Shown here: positions 8,428-18,973 of the stretch, in pieces
Layout: each line of letters opens with the position of its first letter
Numbering within the stretch: position 1 is the stretch's first letter
DNA from: a candidate division WWE3 bacterium GW2011_GWC2_41_23
GTDB lineage: Bacteria > Patescibacteriota > WWE3 > UBA101185 > UBA10185
Reading direction: 5' to 3'
DNA length: 64,000 bases
Assembly (NCBI GenBank): GCA_000996895.1
Contig: LCBB01000003.1
Location: 3,659-67,658, forward strand
The notes under the pieces: model-generated
Told to the model about the DNA's origin: nothing
Databases searched by the model: none
What the model saw: the letters and a program-made list of their open reading frames with translations, nothing else
Translations under genes and position numbers: made by a program

Positions 8428-11169
8428 ATGAAAGTATATTTAAAATTACTACTTTTTTATGTTGTCTTCACGATACCATTTGCTGGGGGGTTTCCCGCTG
8501 TTTCAGCTGCTACGTGCAGTTCAACCGAATGTTCGGGAGTTAAAGTTGAGAACGGTCTTACTTACTATGAATATGCGTGTGCTGGAAACACATATTGTTG
8601 CTACGCTGAGGGGTGCCCTAGCTGGGATTGCGTTGCTAGAGGTTGTTGCTGGTACTCAACAAGCGACGGCGCCGGTATGTGTAACACGAGAGCTACTTCC
8701 GGTTGTCCCGGATCATATTATGGTATATCGTGTACCATCAATGCTGCGGATGAATGCAGACCGTGCGGGGGTACTACCGGTGGCGGTGGCACAACATACG
8801 GTAAAATCATCGGCCGCATATGGAATGATGTAGATAAAAATGGCACGTATGGCGGCGTATCGGAACTATGGTCCAATACCGCTACAACGTGTTCTACATA
8901 CAAAAACGATTCTTTCAATATCCAGGAAGCGGGAACCAATAGGTTAGCTAGCTGGGCCTGCAATACCGAATGGGGTGTTCAGGCAGCATACTACACCTCG
9001 TCTGATATAGTTATCGGCTCAAAAACAATCACCCTAACAGGACTTCCTTCCGGTTATGCGTGCGGTAGCTGGTCATTTTCCAAGACCGGCGACACCAGCA
9101 CCACTGATGGCACAGGATGTGTCACAACAGCAGTTCCGATTATTGAGGGGACGAACAACCATCTATGGTGGAGAATTGTGAAAACTAATATCGCCCCTAC
9201 GCTTAGTATTGTGCCCTCCAGCGTTTCTTACTCAGGATACGCTTTGCATCCGCTTAAGATCGTTGCGGCAGATGGGGAGCCGTACGGCAGTTTAAAAATA
9301 TCTACGTCACTATCACCACCCAACAACGGGTGGCTTCCTGAGGTTCCGGCGATAAGTTTCCGTGCTTACGGTTCGACCGGCGACGGTATTTGGCCAATTG
9401 CCAAGATTTATGGTTGGAACAAGAGTACGGGCAGCCGCGTCGAGCTTAAAACTTTTAATATCAATACCGCAACTCCCACTGACTACTGGTTTGACGTTCC
9501 TTCTCCCGGTTTATACTCTTTTTTTGATTTGGAATTTACAAATGACTACAACGGGGGTGTGGGAAAGGACGTAAATCTTTACGTTGATAATCTTACCTAC
9601 ATTGCGGATAACATGTTTTATCAGACCCTTTACAAATTTGAAGCCGAGGATGCAAATCTTGTCCAGTACGATCGGTACCATCCTGACGACGGATACGGGC
9701 TGGTAAGCCCAAGTACAGCTACATCATCCGTGCCCGGCGCAACGTATGCGGTGATGGCCTGGAACGGCGCATTAAGATTTCCTGTTGTCTGGCAGTCTCC
9801 CACAACGGCGATAAACGGAAAGATTAATTTCACTGTTACGGATGATATCGGTGCTTCACTTTCCAAGTCGGTTCCAACAACGCCTATCACAGGTACTGTT
9901 ACCGGAAAGGTTTGGATAACTGCAAATCCTGCAGTATGTACGGCCTCTCATACGCCAGTTCTAACTACAGGTATAGTTACGGCAACTGCAGGCGGCACAA
10001 ATCTATCGGCACCTTTAAATTCTTTCGGTCAATACACTGTAGCCGGTTTGTTTGGCAGCATAAGCCAGTTGTGTCTTAGCGGACTGCCGGCAACCCCCGC
10101 ATACCGAATTGCGTGTAGAAACGGAGTACCCGTTTCTGCCACAACGGGTTCGTGCGACTATATCTCTCCTTCACTTTCCGGAACCGGTACCACAACAATT
10201 GATATCGGCATCCGTCCTATAACGGCAAAGGGTTGGCTGGCCGCTATGGGAAGCGATCTTTACGCAAAGGATGTTGTAGAAAGTCTTCCGCCTTACACGG
10301 GATGTCCGTTTTTGGGTAACTACTATGGTATGTGTCCGACATTCACGGAGACGCATCCTACAAGGATACCGGATCACTACGTGCTTAACTACAATCCTTG
10401 GGTAGCAACTCCCGCGTCCTCAACCGTATTTACGGAAGATGATGTGGTATCTCTTGGTCCTTCTTTGGACGAGCTGTCGGAGTCAGGGGTTTCTGCGACC
10501 CGGGTCGGTTCAAAGTTTAGAGAGAAAAACAAACAGTATTTTTCCTCTTTTCATAGTCTGATCGACACACTAAAAAATGCTCCTACCGGTACTTACAGTG
10601 CCACATCCAGTTTAAGTAACCGAACTTTTACAAAAAATTCAATAACAATCTGGAATGCCGGTACGTCGACCATTCCTGCTCCGGCCATCGGAAACTATAG
10701 TTATACCGTTTCGGACGGTTTGGCCTTTTTAGTCATTCCAAGAAACGGTCCTTCCACTAACGCGATTAACATAAACAAAATCACAACCTCAGGTGCGGGG
10801 CGTCTCGTGATTCTTGCCGATAGGGACATAAATATCGGCAGTTCTGCTGTAGGATCTTCCAACAACCTTAAAAACGATACCGCGGATATTCAGGCATCCA
10901 TTATTACAACGGGTAACGTCACCGTAAACAACTATCTGTCAGCGTCATCTTCCGCAGGGACCGTTATCATAGAGGGCCCTCTTATTATCGGGGGAGGAAC
11001 GGGAATGACGATAAACAGATCCCTTGGAACAGACAATGAATTTAGGCCTGCGGTCTTTGTCAGATTCAACCCGCTTTATATTACAAAACTAAACGATTTA
11101 GCTATGAAAAATACAATTCCTGCCCTAAATCCGCTTTTTACATTTGATTTTACAAGTGAGACGGAATAG
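8428..11169 (+). CDS. large secreted Cys-rich multidomain protein with putative carbohydrate-binding module
   Basis: Signal peptide (..VSA), Cys-rich head, FTND..GG..DVNLYVD motif resembling Ca-dependent CBM60-like modules, Thr/Ser-rich beta domains. Confidence 0.75.
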   Translation: MKVYLKLLLFYVVFTIPFAGGFPAVSAATCSSTECSGVKVENGLTYYEYACAGNTYCCYAEGCPSWDCVARGCCWYSTSDGAGMCNTRATSGCPGSYYGISCTINAADECRPCGGTTGGGGTTYGKIIGRIWNDVDKNGTYGGVSELWSNTATTCSTYKNDSFNIQEAGTNRLASWACNTEWGVQAAYYTSSDIVIGSKTITLTGLPSGYACGSWSFSKTGDTSTTDGTGCVTTAVPIIEGTNNHLWWRIVKTNIAPTLSIVPSSVSYSGYALHPLKIVAADGEPYGSLKISTSLSPPNNGWLPEVPAISFRAYGSTGDGIWPIAKIYGWNKSTGSRVELKTFNINTATPTDYWFDVPSPGLYSFFDLEFTNDYNGGVGKDVNLYVDNLTYIADNMFYQTLYKFEAEDANLVQYDRYHPDDGYGLVSPSTATSSVPGATYAVMAWNGALRFPVVWQSPTTAINGKINFTVTDDIGASLSKSVPTTPITGTVTGKVWITANPAVCTASHTPVLTTGIVTATAGGTNLSAPLNSFGQYTVAGLFGSISQLCLSGLPATPAYRIACRNGVPVSATTGSCDYISPSLSGTGTTTIDIGIRPITAKGWLAAMGSDLYAKDVVESLPPYTGCPFLGNYYGMCPTFTETHPTRIPDHYVLNYNPWVATPASSTVFTEDDVVSLGPSLDELSESGVSATRVGSKFREKNKQYFSSFHSLIDTLKNAPTGTYSATSSLSNRTFTKNSITIWNAGTSTIPAPAIGNYSYTVSDGLAFLVIPRNGPSTNAININKITTSGAGRLVILADRDINIGSSAVGSSNNLKNDTADIQASIITTGNVTVNNYLSASSSAGTVIIEGPLIIGGGTGMTINRSLGTDNEFRPAVFVRFNPLYITKLNDLAMKNTIPALNPLFTFDFTSETE

Positions 11170-11179
11170 GCAAGTTACT

Positions 11180-12103
11180 ATGAGCGGACAAAAAACTTAC
11201 TCAAAAACCAATATTTTAAAAAACAACGAAGGGCAGGCTCTGCTTTTTGTGGTAGTAGCCCTAACTATCTCAACGGTTATTGGAGTTTCGGTAGCAACGC
11301 GTACGCTTTCCGTGACAAAAAGGGTAGCCCAAACGGATACCCAGACAAAAGTTTACTACGCGGCAGAAGCGGGGATTGAGAGATTTGTTAATCTTTCCAC
11401 CCCCGATCTTAAAGCTTTGGCAGCGGTGGGGGGTAACACGGCCGATAACTGCGCAAAGGCTAAAGCTGTTACTGCACCTAATAATTTTTGCTCGTTTACT
11501 CTTGGGAGTACTACCACGGTTGAAACCTCAACCCTTGTTAAAGTTCAGGAGATAACCTACAACGAAACCAGTCCCTCGCCGCACTACTCGGTAAAATCCA
11601 AAAACGGAATCTTTTCCTCAGTGTCGCTTTCCGGATACACCGGAAACCAGGTGACTATATGCTGGAAAGACAAGGCAGTCGAGCACACAGCCGTTTATTA
11701 CACATTATGGGGTCCTACTAATTTTATTAGCAAGGCAGTGATAAATCCTACTTCCATCGCCGGCGGCGATCCACTTTCATTTACCACTACCAATGCCCTT
11801 GATGCGGTAACTTCAGGAAACAGTATCTACAGCTCATGCCACACTGTTCTTACCCCCATTGCCTCCAACCCCTACTTTTTAAATGTCATGCCTCTGGGGG
11901 GAGACGCCACAATCGGAATCTTTCCCGGAACACAGCCCATACCTCCGCAGGGGTTTCTCATAACATCAAAAGCTTCCCTTAACACCACAAGTACACTTCA
12001 GCAGCAGGTGGTCAAAGTCATAGAAGCAACCCGCACATACAATCACGTACCCGGATTCTACGATGCCGCCCTATATGTTCAGGACGATATCATTGCGCCC
12101 TAG
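11180..12103 (+). CDS. PilX-like minor pilin
   Basis: Class III-type leader NEG|QALLFVVV, hydrophobic helix, YYAAEAGIE PilX N-terminal motif. Confidence 0.8.
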   Translation: MSGQKTYSKTNILKNNEGQALLFVVVALTISTVIGVSVATRTLSVTKRVAQTDTQTKVYYAAEAGIERFVNLSTPDLKALAAVGGNTADNCAKAKAVTAPNNFCSFTLGSTTTVETSTLVKVQEITYNETSPSPHYSVKSKNGIFSSVSLSGYTGNQVTICWKDKAVEHTAVYYTLWGPTNFISKAVINPTSIAGGDPLSFTTTNALDAVTSGNSIYSSCHTVLTPIASNPYFLNVMPLGGDATIGIFPGTQPIPPQGFLITSKASLNTTSTLQQQVVKVIEATRTYNHVPGFYDAALYVQDDIIAP

Positions 12104-12137
12104 CTTATATTGTGCTAACTTATCAATTGCCTATATC

Positions 12138-12240
12138 TCCCTCCCGAAAGGGCATAGGTGAGGAGCTGCGCAAAGGCAGCGCCAAAAGTAAAAGGGAACC
12201 CGCTATTAAACTCTACGCAGTTACTGTGCGGTTTCCCAAC
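12138..12240 (+). promoter_or_regulatory. structured rpsB 5' leader (probable S2 autoregulatory element)
   Basis: GC-rich hairpins gctgc/gcagc and gggaac..gc/gc..gtttccc in an AT-rich intergenic region before rpsB. Confidence 0.5.
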
Positions 12241-12284
12241 AAATATAAATTTAAATAAGAAAGTCGTACTTAACAGAAGATACT

Positions 12285-13223
12285 ATGTCTAAATACAAAG
12301 TGCCTAAAATAGAAGATTTAATTGAAGCAGGTGTCCATTTTGGCCACCAAATTAGAAGGTGGCATCCGAAAATGGAGCCCTACATCTACACTGTCAGCAA
12401 GAATATTCATATTATTGATTTAGAGGACACCGAGCGTTTGTTGAAAGAAGCGTGCGAATTCTTAAACAAAATGGCCTCTGAAGGCAAGAAAATAGTGTTT
12501 GTCGGAACTAAAAAGCAATCCAAGGACATTATCAAGTCCGAGGCGACAAGAAGCGGGGCCATGTTTGTAAATGAAAGATGGATAGGCGGAACTATTACCA
12601 ATTTTCCTACTATAAAAAAGAACCTCGATAAATTAATCAAGTACATCCGCGGCAAAGAAACGGGGGAATTTGATAAATACACCAAGAAAGAAAGACTCCT
12701 CATTGATAGGGAAACCGACAAAATGAACCTGGTTTACGGCGGTATTTTAAGTCTCGCCGAAACCCCCGATGTCTTGTTTGTCATAGATCCTAAAAGAGAG
12801 AGAACTGCAGTAAAAGAGTCCCAGAACGCAGGAATACCTGTAGTTGCTATCGTTGATACTAATGCAGATCCTACAGGCATAGACTATATTATTCCGGGCA
12901 ACGACGACGCAATTAAGTCAGTTGCATTGTTAGTCCGTGCTATAGCCGATGCCGTCGAAGAAGGCTACAAGGACTTCGATAAAAAAGGTGCCGACCAAAG
13001 CAAGAAAGATGCAAAGAAGGCTGAGCCCGTTTCCGAAGATAAAGACGATATGGTAGTTACAACCACTGAAAGTCCTGTTGTCACTGCCGAGGTTGAAGAG
13101 ATAGAAGAAAAGCTCGTTGTCGAAGTGGTCGAACCTAAAAAGATAGAGAAGATAGAAGAAAAAGTCGAAGAAAAAAAAGAAGAAACAAAAACGCCTAAAA
13201 AGGCTAAATCAAAAAAGGCCTAA
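12285..13223 (+). CDS. rpsB: 30S ribosomal protein S2
   Basis: EAGVHFGH..RWHPKM, RWIGGTITN, IPGNDDAIKS; charged C-terminal tail. Confidence 0.98.
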   Translation: MSKYKVPKIEDLIEAGVHFGHQIRRWHPKMEPYIYTVSKNIHIIDLEDTERLLKEACEFLNKMASEGKKIVFVGTKKQSKDIIKSEATRSGAMFVNERWIGGTITNFPTIKKNLDKLIKYIRGKETGEFDKYTKKERLLIDRETDKMNLVYGGILSLAETPDVLFVIDPKRERTAVKESQNAGIPVVAIVDTNADPTGIDYIIPGNDDAIKSVALLVRAIADAVEEGYKDFDKKGADQSKKDAKKAEPVSEDKDDMVVTTTESPVVTAEVEEIEEKLVVEVVEPKKIEKIEEKVEEKKEETKTPKKAKSKKA

Positions 13224-13272
13224 GCATTGAGAGTACCGTAGTTACTAAACTAAATTTATATAAGGAGAAAAA

Positions 13273-13734
13273 ATGGAACTAAACATAAAAGACATTAAAA
13301 ACTTGAGAGAAGAAACCGGAGCGGGGGTTTTAGAAGTAAAACAAGCTCTGGAGAATTTTGCCGGGGATTACACCAAGGCAAAAGAAGAGTTAATGAAAAA
13401 GGTTGGCGCGAAGGCGGCTAAAAAATCTGAAAGAGTCACGAAAGACGGGTTGATTTTTTCGTATTTACACGCAGGGGGAAGAGTAGGGACTATGATATAC
13501 ATGGCCTGTGAGACCGATTTTGTAGCCAAAACAGAGGATTTTCAGAAGTTGTGCAAGGAAGTGGCTATGCAGGCCGCAACGGGTGATTACAGCTCTGTCG
13601 AAGACCTCTTGAATGACGAGTACATAAGGGAACCTTCAAAAAAGATATCAGACCTGTTGAACGAGGTCACCGCCAAGGTCGGAGAAAAAATTGAACTTAA
13701 AAAGTTCATTAAATACTCGGTCGGCGAAGACTGA
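13273..13734 (+). CDS. tsf: elongation factor Ts (short form)
   Basis: LREETGAG, CETDFVAK, KVGEKI. Confidence 0.95.
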   Translation: MELNIKDIKNLREETGAGVLEVKQALENFAGDYTKAKEELMKKVGAKAAKKSERVTKDGLIFSYLHAGGRVGTMIYMACETDFVAKTEDFQKLCKEVAMQAATGDYSSVEDLLNDEYIREPSKKISDLLNEVTAKVGEKIELKKFIKYSVGED

Positions 13735-13780
13735 AAACGTTTAGTTGGTAAGCCCGCGTTTTCCTGATATTATTCATCAT

Positions 13781-14329
13781 ATGAATACTTCGGAATTAAA
13801 ATCAAAACTTTCCAAAGTCCATGAGTTTCTGCAGGGAGAGTTGGGGCAGATTAGAACCGGAAGAGCATCCCCGGCTCTTATTGAGAATATTGCCGTGGAA
13901 GCTTACGGAGCCAAAATGATGGTAATAGAGCTGGGTTCCATTACGGTTTCGGACTCCCAAAATCTTGTGGTAGTGCCTTGGGACAAAGGTCTTATTAAAT
14001 CCATAACAAAAGCTATAAGAGAAAGTCAGGCAAGTCTTAATCCTATTGAAGAAAGTGACAGGATTAGAATACCCGTGCCCTCACTAACGGAAGAAAGGCG
14101 AAAGGAATTGGCAAAAATCGTCGGTGTAAAAGCAGAAGAAGCCAAGAACTCCGTAAGAAATATAAGACAGGACGCTATGAAGGACATTGAAAAAATGTTC
14201 TCCGATAAAAGCATCGGTGAAGATGAAAAATTCCGTCTCAAGGAAGAAGTTGAAAAGACAGCCAAAGAGTTCACTGACGGGGTAGAAGAAATAAGCGAGA
14301 CAAAACGATCCGAAATTTTATCAATCTAA
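13781..14329 (+). CDS. frr: ribosome recycling factor
   Basis: IRTGRASP, PSLTEERRKEL, VRNIRQD. Confidence 0.96.
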   Translation: MNTSELKSKLSKVHEFLQGELGQIRTGRASPALIENIAVEAYGAKMMVIELGSITVSDSQNLVVVPWDKGLIKSITKAIRESQASLNPIEESDRIRIPVPSLTEERRKELAKIVGVKAEEAKNSVRNIRQDAMKDIEKMFSDKSIGEDEKFRLKEEVEKTAKEFTDGVEEISETKRSEILSI

Positions 14330-14346
14330 AGTTCCGGTTTTAAATA

Positions 14347-15474
14347 ATGACAACTCTAATAATCTTTATATTAATACTCTCGGTTTTGGTTCTAATCCAC
14401 GAGTTCGGGCATTTTATGGCCGCAAAAGCCAATGGGGTTAGAGTAGAGGAGTTCGGATGGGGGCTTCCCCCCAGGGTATTCGGGAAGAAGTTCGGAGAGA
14501 CCATCTACTCGATTAATCTGTTGCCTTTCGGGGGTTTTGTAAAACTTACAGGCGAAGATTCAGAAGAGGCTACCTCCGCCAAGGACCCCAAAAGCTTTAC
14601 ATCGAAAACACCGTTACAGAGGGCAATAATACTAATCGCGGGTGTTTTTATGAACGTAGTCTTAGCCGTTACAATTTTCTATGTTTTTATGTTCGTGAAC
14701 GGTTTCAAAACTTTCCAGATGCCACTTATATTCGATTATGATTTTAAGTTCGGAGAGACCACAAAAATCGGAACGGTGATCTCAGGCATTCAGCCGGGTT
14801 CTCCTGCTGAAAAAGCCGGATTGACCTTAGGCGAGGCGGTAACTGCTGTAAACGGCAGGAAGGTTACCGATATCACACAGTTTAAAAATACTCTGGCTGA
14901 ATACAAGGGAGAGCCTGTAAAACTCACGTTAAATGACTTAAAAGACACTACTTACACAAAGATACGGGACGTTCAGGTTTCTCCTACAAAAGATGAAGCC
15001 GGAAAACCCATCATAGGTGTCTACCTCGGTGAGTCGGTGTCTATTTCATACGAGAAGCCCCTTGATAGGGTTCTTGTGGGTTTTTATCACTCCTATAATG
15101 TGATGGGTTACTCGTTGAATACCTTAAGTCAGATGGTTGCCCTTTCGTTTAAAACAAAAGACATCTCCCCGGTTTCAGAAAGTGTCTCGGGGCCGGTTGG
15201 AATTTATAATCTTGTTGATATGGTTTTGAAATACGGAGGACCTAACGCTTGGCTTACGTTGTTTGATTACACCGCGCTTATGTCTTTAAGTTTGGCGCTT
15301 GTTAACATAATGCCTTTTCCGGCGCTGGACGGCGGCAGAGTAGCCTTTGTATTGTTTGAGGGGGTAACACGTAAGAAACCCAACCCTAAAACGGAGGCTG
15401 CTTTTCACAGGCTGGGAATGTTTTTCTTGCTGGGCTTTTTAATACTCATAACAATCAAAGATGTGGTCAGGTAA
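14347..15474 (+). CDS. rseP: RIP metalloprotease RseP (M50, PDZ)
   Basis: HEFGH, AGVFMN, PDZ (GSPAEKAGL), NIMPFPALDGG. Confidence 0.93.
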   Translation: MTTLIIFILILSVLVLIHEFGHFMAAKANGVRVEEFGWGLPPRVFGKKFGETIYSINLLPFGGFVKLTGEDSEEATSAKDPKSFTSKTPLQRAIILIAGVFMNVVLAVTIFYVFMFVNGFKTFQMPLIFDYDFKFGETTKIGTVISGIQPGSPAEKAGLTLGEAVTAVNGRKVTDITQFKNTLAEYKGEPVKLTLNDLKDTTYTKIRDVQVSPTKDEAGKPIIGVYLGESVSISYEKPLDRVLVGFYHSYNVMGYSLNTLSQMVALSFKTKDISPVSESVSGPVGIYNLVDMVLKYGGPNAWLTLFDYTALMSLSLALVNIMPFPALDGGRVAFVLFEGVTRKKPNPKTEAAFHRLGMFFLLGFLILITIKDVVR

Positions 15475-15781
15475 GATTTGTCATTGTAGCTGCAAGAATT
15501 AGAAGCCGGTCTTTTTAGGTTATATCCCGAGCATTTTACCCGTGTGTTCTAATAGTAAAAATTTGACATAGGTAATATACTAGAAATTGACGTAATGTTC
15601 TGGTAGAATCGTTCGGCTCTCTGTTAGTTACTGGTTAAACTGTTAACATACGAAGAAGCCAAGTGCCAGAATTGTGCATAAGTACGGAAGCGCGTTTTTA
15701 TTTAATACAAAGCGTTTGGAGGTGCCTACTGAATAGCAGTCTATATTAATTAGCACTAATTGATAATAGCTGCTCATCATA

Positions 15782-15973
15782 ATGACAAAAATTAAAATAA
15801 GGAACGGTGAATCTTTGGAACAGGCCTTGAGAAGGTTCAATAGAGAAGTACAAAGATCCGGTATCCTTGACGAAGTAAAAGACAGATCTCACTATAGAAA
15901 ACCCAGTGAATTAAAAAGACAGAAATCCAAGGAACTTGAAAGAAAGTTTAAATTTGAGAAACTTAGAGGATGA
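15782..15973 (+). CDS. rpsU: 30S ribosomal protein S21
   Basis: ESLEQALRRF, HYRKPS. Confidence 0.95.
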   Translation: MTKIKIRNGESLEQALRRFNREVQRSGILDEVKDRSHYRKPSELKRQKSKELERKFKFEKLRG

Positions 15974-16305
15974 TCTACGATAATTTAAAGGCTATGGTTT
16001 TCACACTGCAGAAGTCCGGCGACACTTTTAAGCTCGGCGTGTTGAGGTATTTCATTTCCCAGGTTCAGAACAAAGAAATAGAACTTAGAGCGCAACAGAA
16101 ACCTTTGACCGACGAGGACGTATTCAAAGTAATAAGAAAGCAGATAAAGAATAGAAAAGAAGCTGCCGAACTCTTTGAAAAGGGCGGAAGGGCAGAGTTA
16201 GTCGAGAAAGAACAAAAAGAACTCGCAGTCTACGAGGAATTTGCAAAAATGTTTCCCTTCGAACTTGAACAACCGGTTAAATTTCCTCCTCATCAGCAGA
16301 AGTAA
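15970..16305 (+). CDS. GatB/YqeY domain protein
   Basis: NKEIE, VIRKQIKNRKEAAELFEKGGRAEL; follows rpsU. Confidence 0.88.
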   Translation: MIYDNLKAMVFTLQKSGDTFKLGVLRYFISQVQNKEIELRAQQKPLTDEDVFKVIRKQIKNRKEAAELFEKGGRAELVEKEQKELAVYEEFAKMFPFELEQPVKFPPHQQK

Positions 16306-16662
16306 ATGAAAAAAGGTCTACCCGAGAAACTCAACAAGGATGACATCGTCATTTCCGTTACCATTACCGGTGATGAGGCAGTTCAGGAGCTCAATAAAAA
16401 GTATCTCGGTAGAGATAGCACTACAGATGTCCTGTCCTTTCCAATAAATGAAAAACAAGAAGATGGGACGTACTACTTAGGCGATGTGGTAGTCAACAAA
16501 GAGCAGGCTTTACGACAGGCGGATAAGTATGGAAATGACGTTGAAACCGAGGTGTCGGAGCTTGTAGCCCACGGAGTACTGCACTTGCTGGGGGTGCACC
16601 ATCACGACGATGACGAGCACACCGTTCACGGAAAGCCTGTTAATAAGGACACCGGACAATGA
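16306..16662 (+). CDS. ybeY: rRNA maturation endoribonuclease YbeY
   Basis: LNKKY..RD.TTDVLSF, HGVLHLLGVHH. Confidence 0.93.
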   Translation: MKKGLPEKLNKDDIVISVTITGDEAVQELNKKYLGRDSTTDVLSFPINEKQEDGTYYLGDVVVNKEQALRQADKYGNDVETEVSELVAHGVLHLLGVHHHDDDEHTVHGKPVNKDTGQ

Positions 16663-17168
16663 AAATGATTGTGGGACTGGGAAATCCCGATAAAAAATAT
16701 TCAAAGACCCGCCACAACACCGGATTTATTATTCTGGACGAAATGGTTAAAGAATTATCCTGGGAAGCATCTCCGAAATTAAAATCGGAAATTTGTAAGA
16801 CAGGCGAACTTTTATTCGTTAAACCCACAACTTTTATGAACAAGTCCGGAGAAGCAGTCAGCCTGGTGAAGGAGTATTACGGCATTGATTTAGTCGACAT
16901 TTGCGTAGTCCACGACGATGTTGATTTGCTGTTCGGACAAAGAAAAGAGCAGGTAGGTGCGGGGCACGCCGGGCATAAGGGTGTTATGAGCATAATGGAT
17001 TCATTGGGAACAAAAGATTTTAAGAGAATCAGAATCGGAATAGGAAGACCTCCCGCCGGTTCGGAACTACCCGTAGACGATTTTGTTCTTAACGATTTTT
17101 CTCCTGAAGAGCTGGAAGAGGTTAAAAAAATTGGGCCAACGCTTAGGGAAAATTCAAATTTTCTTTGA
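16659..17168 (+). CDS. pth: peptidyl-tRNA hydrolase
   Basis: IVGLGNP, TRHNTGF, KPTTFMN.SG, HDDVD, RIRIGIGRP. Confidence 0.96.
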   Translation: MKMIVGLGNPDKKYSKTRHNTGFIILDEMVKELSWEASPKLKSEICKTGELLFVKPTTFMNKSGEAVSLVKEYYGIDLVDICVVHDDVDLLFGQRKEQVGAGHAGHKGVMSIMDSLGTKDFKRIRIGIGRPPAGSELPVDDFVLNDFSPEELEEVKKIGPTLRENSNFL

Positions 17169-17329
17169 TACGTAAGCTTTTTCGAGAATTTCTACGGATA
17201 AGTATAAATAGCGTCATATCAGCAAAAAGTCATATTTAAAATAGTAATGTTACGGCACGTATGGGTAAGTTGTGGGTTGTACTAACACAGGTTGGTTGTA
17301 TCTGACGGGGGTGTTGTAATACAGTTATT

Positions 17330-18961
17330 ATGTTTATGTTTTACACCAAGTACCGCCCTCAAAAATTCAGCGACGTTTGCAGACCGAATGATGCTGCTGA
17401 TGCTTTGTCCAAGCAGGTGGTAAGCGGTAAAACATCCCACGCCTATCTTTTTGTGGGACCCCGTGGAACAGGTAAAACAACTTTAGCCAGGGTTTTAGCT
17501 AAAGCATTAAATTGCTCGGATGTTTCGGCTAAAGGCGACCCCTGCTGCAAGTGCTCTTCCTGCGTGGCCATAAAAGAAGGCTCTTTCGTGGATATGATAG
17601 AGATTGACGCTGCCAGCAACAGGGGAATTGACGATATAAGAGAGATCAAAGATAAGATAAAACTTGCACCGACGATGGGTAAGAACAAGGTTTACATAAT
17701 AGACGAAGTCCACATGTTGACTAACGAAGCCTTTAACGCGCTTTTGAAAACTCTGGAAGAACCTCCGAAAAAAACCACATTTATACTTTGTACCACCGAG
17801 CTTCATAAAGTTCCCGATACTATAAAATCCAGGTGCCAGGTTTACAGATTTAAAAGGGCTACGATGCCCCAGCTAATAGAAAAGTTAAAAGAGATTACAA
17901 AGAGCGAAAAAATAAAAATTTCTGAAAGGGATTTGGAGAAAATTGCTCTCGCTTCCATGGGCGGCTTCAGGGATGCCGAGACTTTATTACAGCAGGTTTC
18001 GGACGGGGAAATCAGTGTCGACTCTTTAGTGGGAATGGGTTCAAAAGAAATATATGTAGAGCTGACAGACCATCTTTTGAACGGAGATTCCGGATCGGCA
18101 ATAAGGATCGTGTCAAAGGTCTACGAAGAAGGATTGGATTTGTATGTTTGGACAGGCGAATATCTCAGATATTTGAGAGAGCTACTATTTATAAAATCAG
18201 GAGTAAAAGAAGAAGTGTCGGGAGCGACCTCTGAGCTTTTAGTAGAAATGGAAAAACAGGCGTCGCGTTTGTCAGTGGGTTGGATACTTAACGCCATGAA
18301 TTCAATACTAGAAGAACACAAAAATATTAAGACGTCTTTTATTCCTCAGCTTCCGGTTGAGATGGCCCTGGTAAAAATCGGCGGGGGCGAGGAGTTGCGT
18401 TTAAGTTGGTGCGGTTCAGGTACAATTGAGACTCCGAACCAACCCAAACCTTCTCTCGGCACAGGTAAAACAGCGACAAAAGATGCTAAAGATGAAGAAG
18501 ATGGGGATGAAGAGGGTTCTGAAGAAGATGCCGGAGAAGTTAAGGCGAAAAAGAATGCAGTCGAGGACAAGGAAGTTTCACCCATAACTTTAGAGGCTCT
18601 TGAAGAGAAGTGGAGGGAATTTATAAAAAGAAGCCGGGAACTAAATCATTCTTTGACAGCACTTTTGAAATCAGGAACACCCGTGAATGTTGAGGGTAGA
18701 TTTGTCATACTAGAAGTGTTTTACCCGTTTCACAAAGAAAGACTGGAGTCACCTCAGAACAGAAAGTTAGTAGAAAAACTTATGTCCGAGATATTTGGCA
18801 CACGCTTATCCCTAAAATGTATTTTAAGCAAGGAGAAACCAAAAAAACTTAAAAGCGGAGAATCAGGAAATTTGACAGACCTTAACATAGCTCCGGCGCA
18901 GGTGGTGTTTAATAAAGACTCGGTGATTGAAGCATTTGATGGCGGGCTCCCCTTAATTTGA
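17330..18961 (+). CDS. dnaX: DNA polymerase III subunit gamma/tau
   Basis: KYRPQKF, GPRGTGKT, EIDAASNRG, IIDEVHML, LLKTLEEPP, SRC. Confidence 0.96.
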   Translation: MFMFYTKYRPQKFSDVCRPNDAADALSKQVVSGKTSHAYLFVGPRGTGKTTLARVLAKALNCSDVSAKGDPCCKCSSCVAIKEGSFVDMIEIDAASNRGIDDIREIKDKIKLAPTMGKNKVYIIDEVHMLTNEAFNALLKTLEEPPKKTTFILCTTELHKVPDTIKSRCQVYRFKRATMPQLIEKLKEITKSEKIKISERDLEKIALASMGGFRDAETLLQQVSDGEISVDSLVGMGSKEIYVELTDHLLNGDSGSAIRIVSKVYEEGLDLYVWTGEYLRYLRELLFIKSGVKEEVSGATSELLVEMEKQASRLSVGWILNAMNSILEEHKNIKTSFIPQLPVEMALVKIGGGEELRLSWCGSGTIETPNQPKPSLGTGKTATKDAKDEEDGDEEGSEEDAGEVKAKKNAVEDKEVSPITLEALEEKWREFIKRSRELNHSLTALLKSGTPVNVEGRFVILEVFYPFHKERLESPQNRKLVEKLMSEIFGTRLSLKCILSKEKPKKLKSGESGNLTDLNIAPAQVVFNKDSVIEAFDGGLPLI

Positions 18962-18973
18962 TAGAATACTCAA

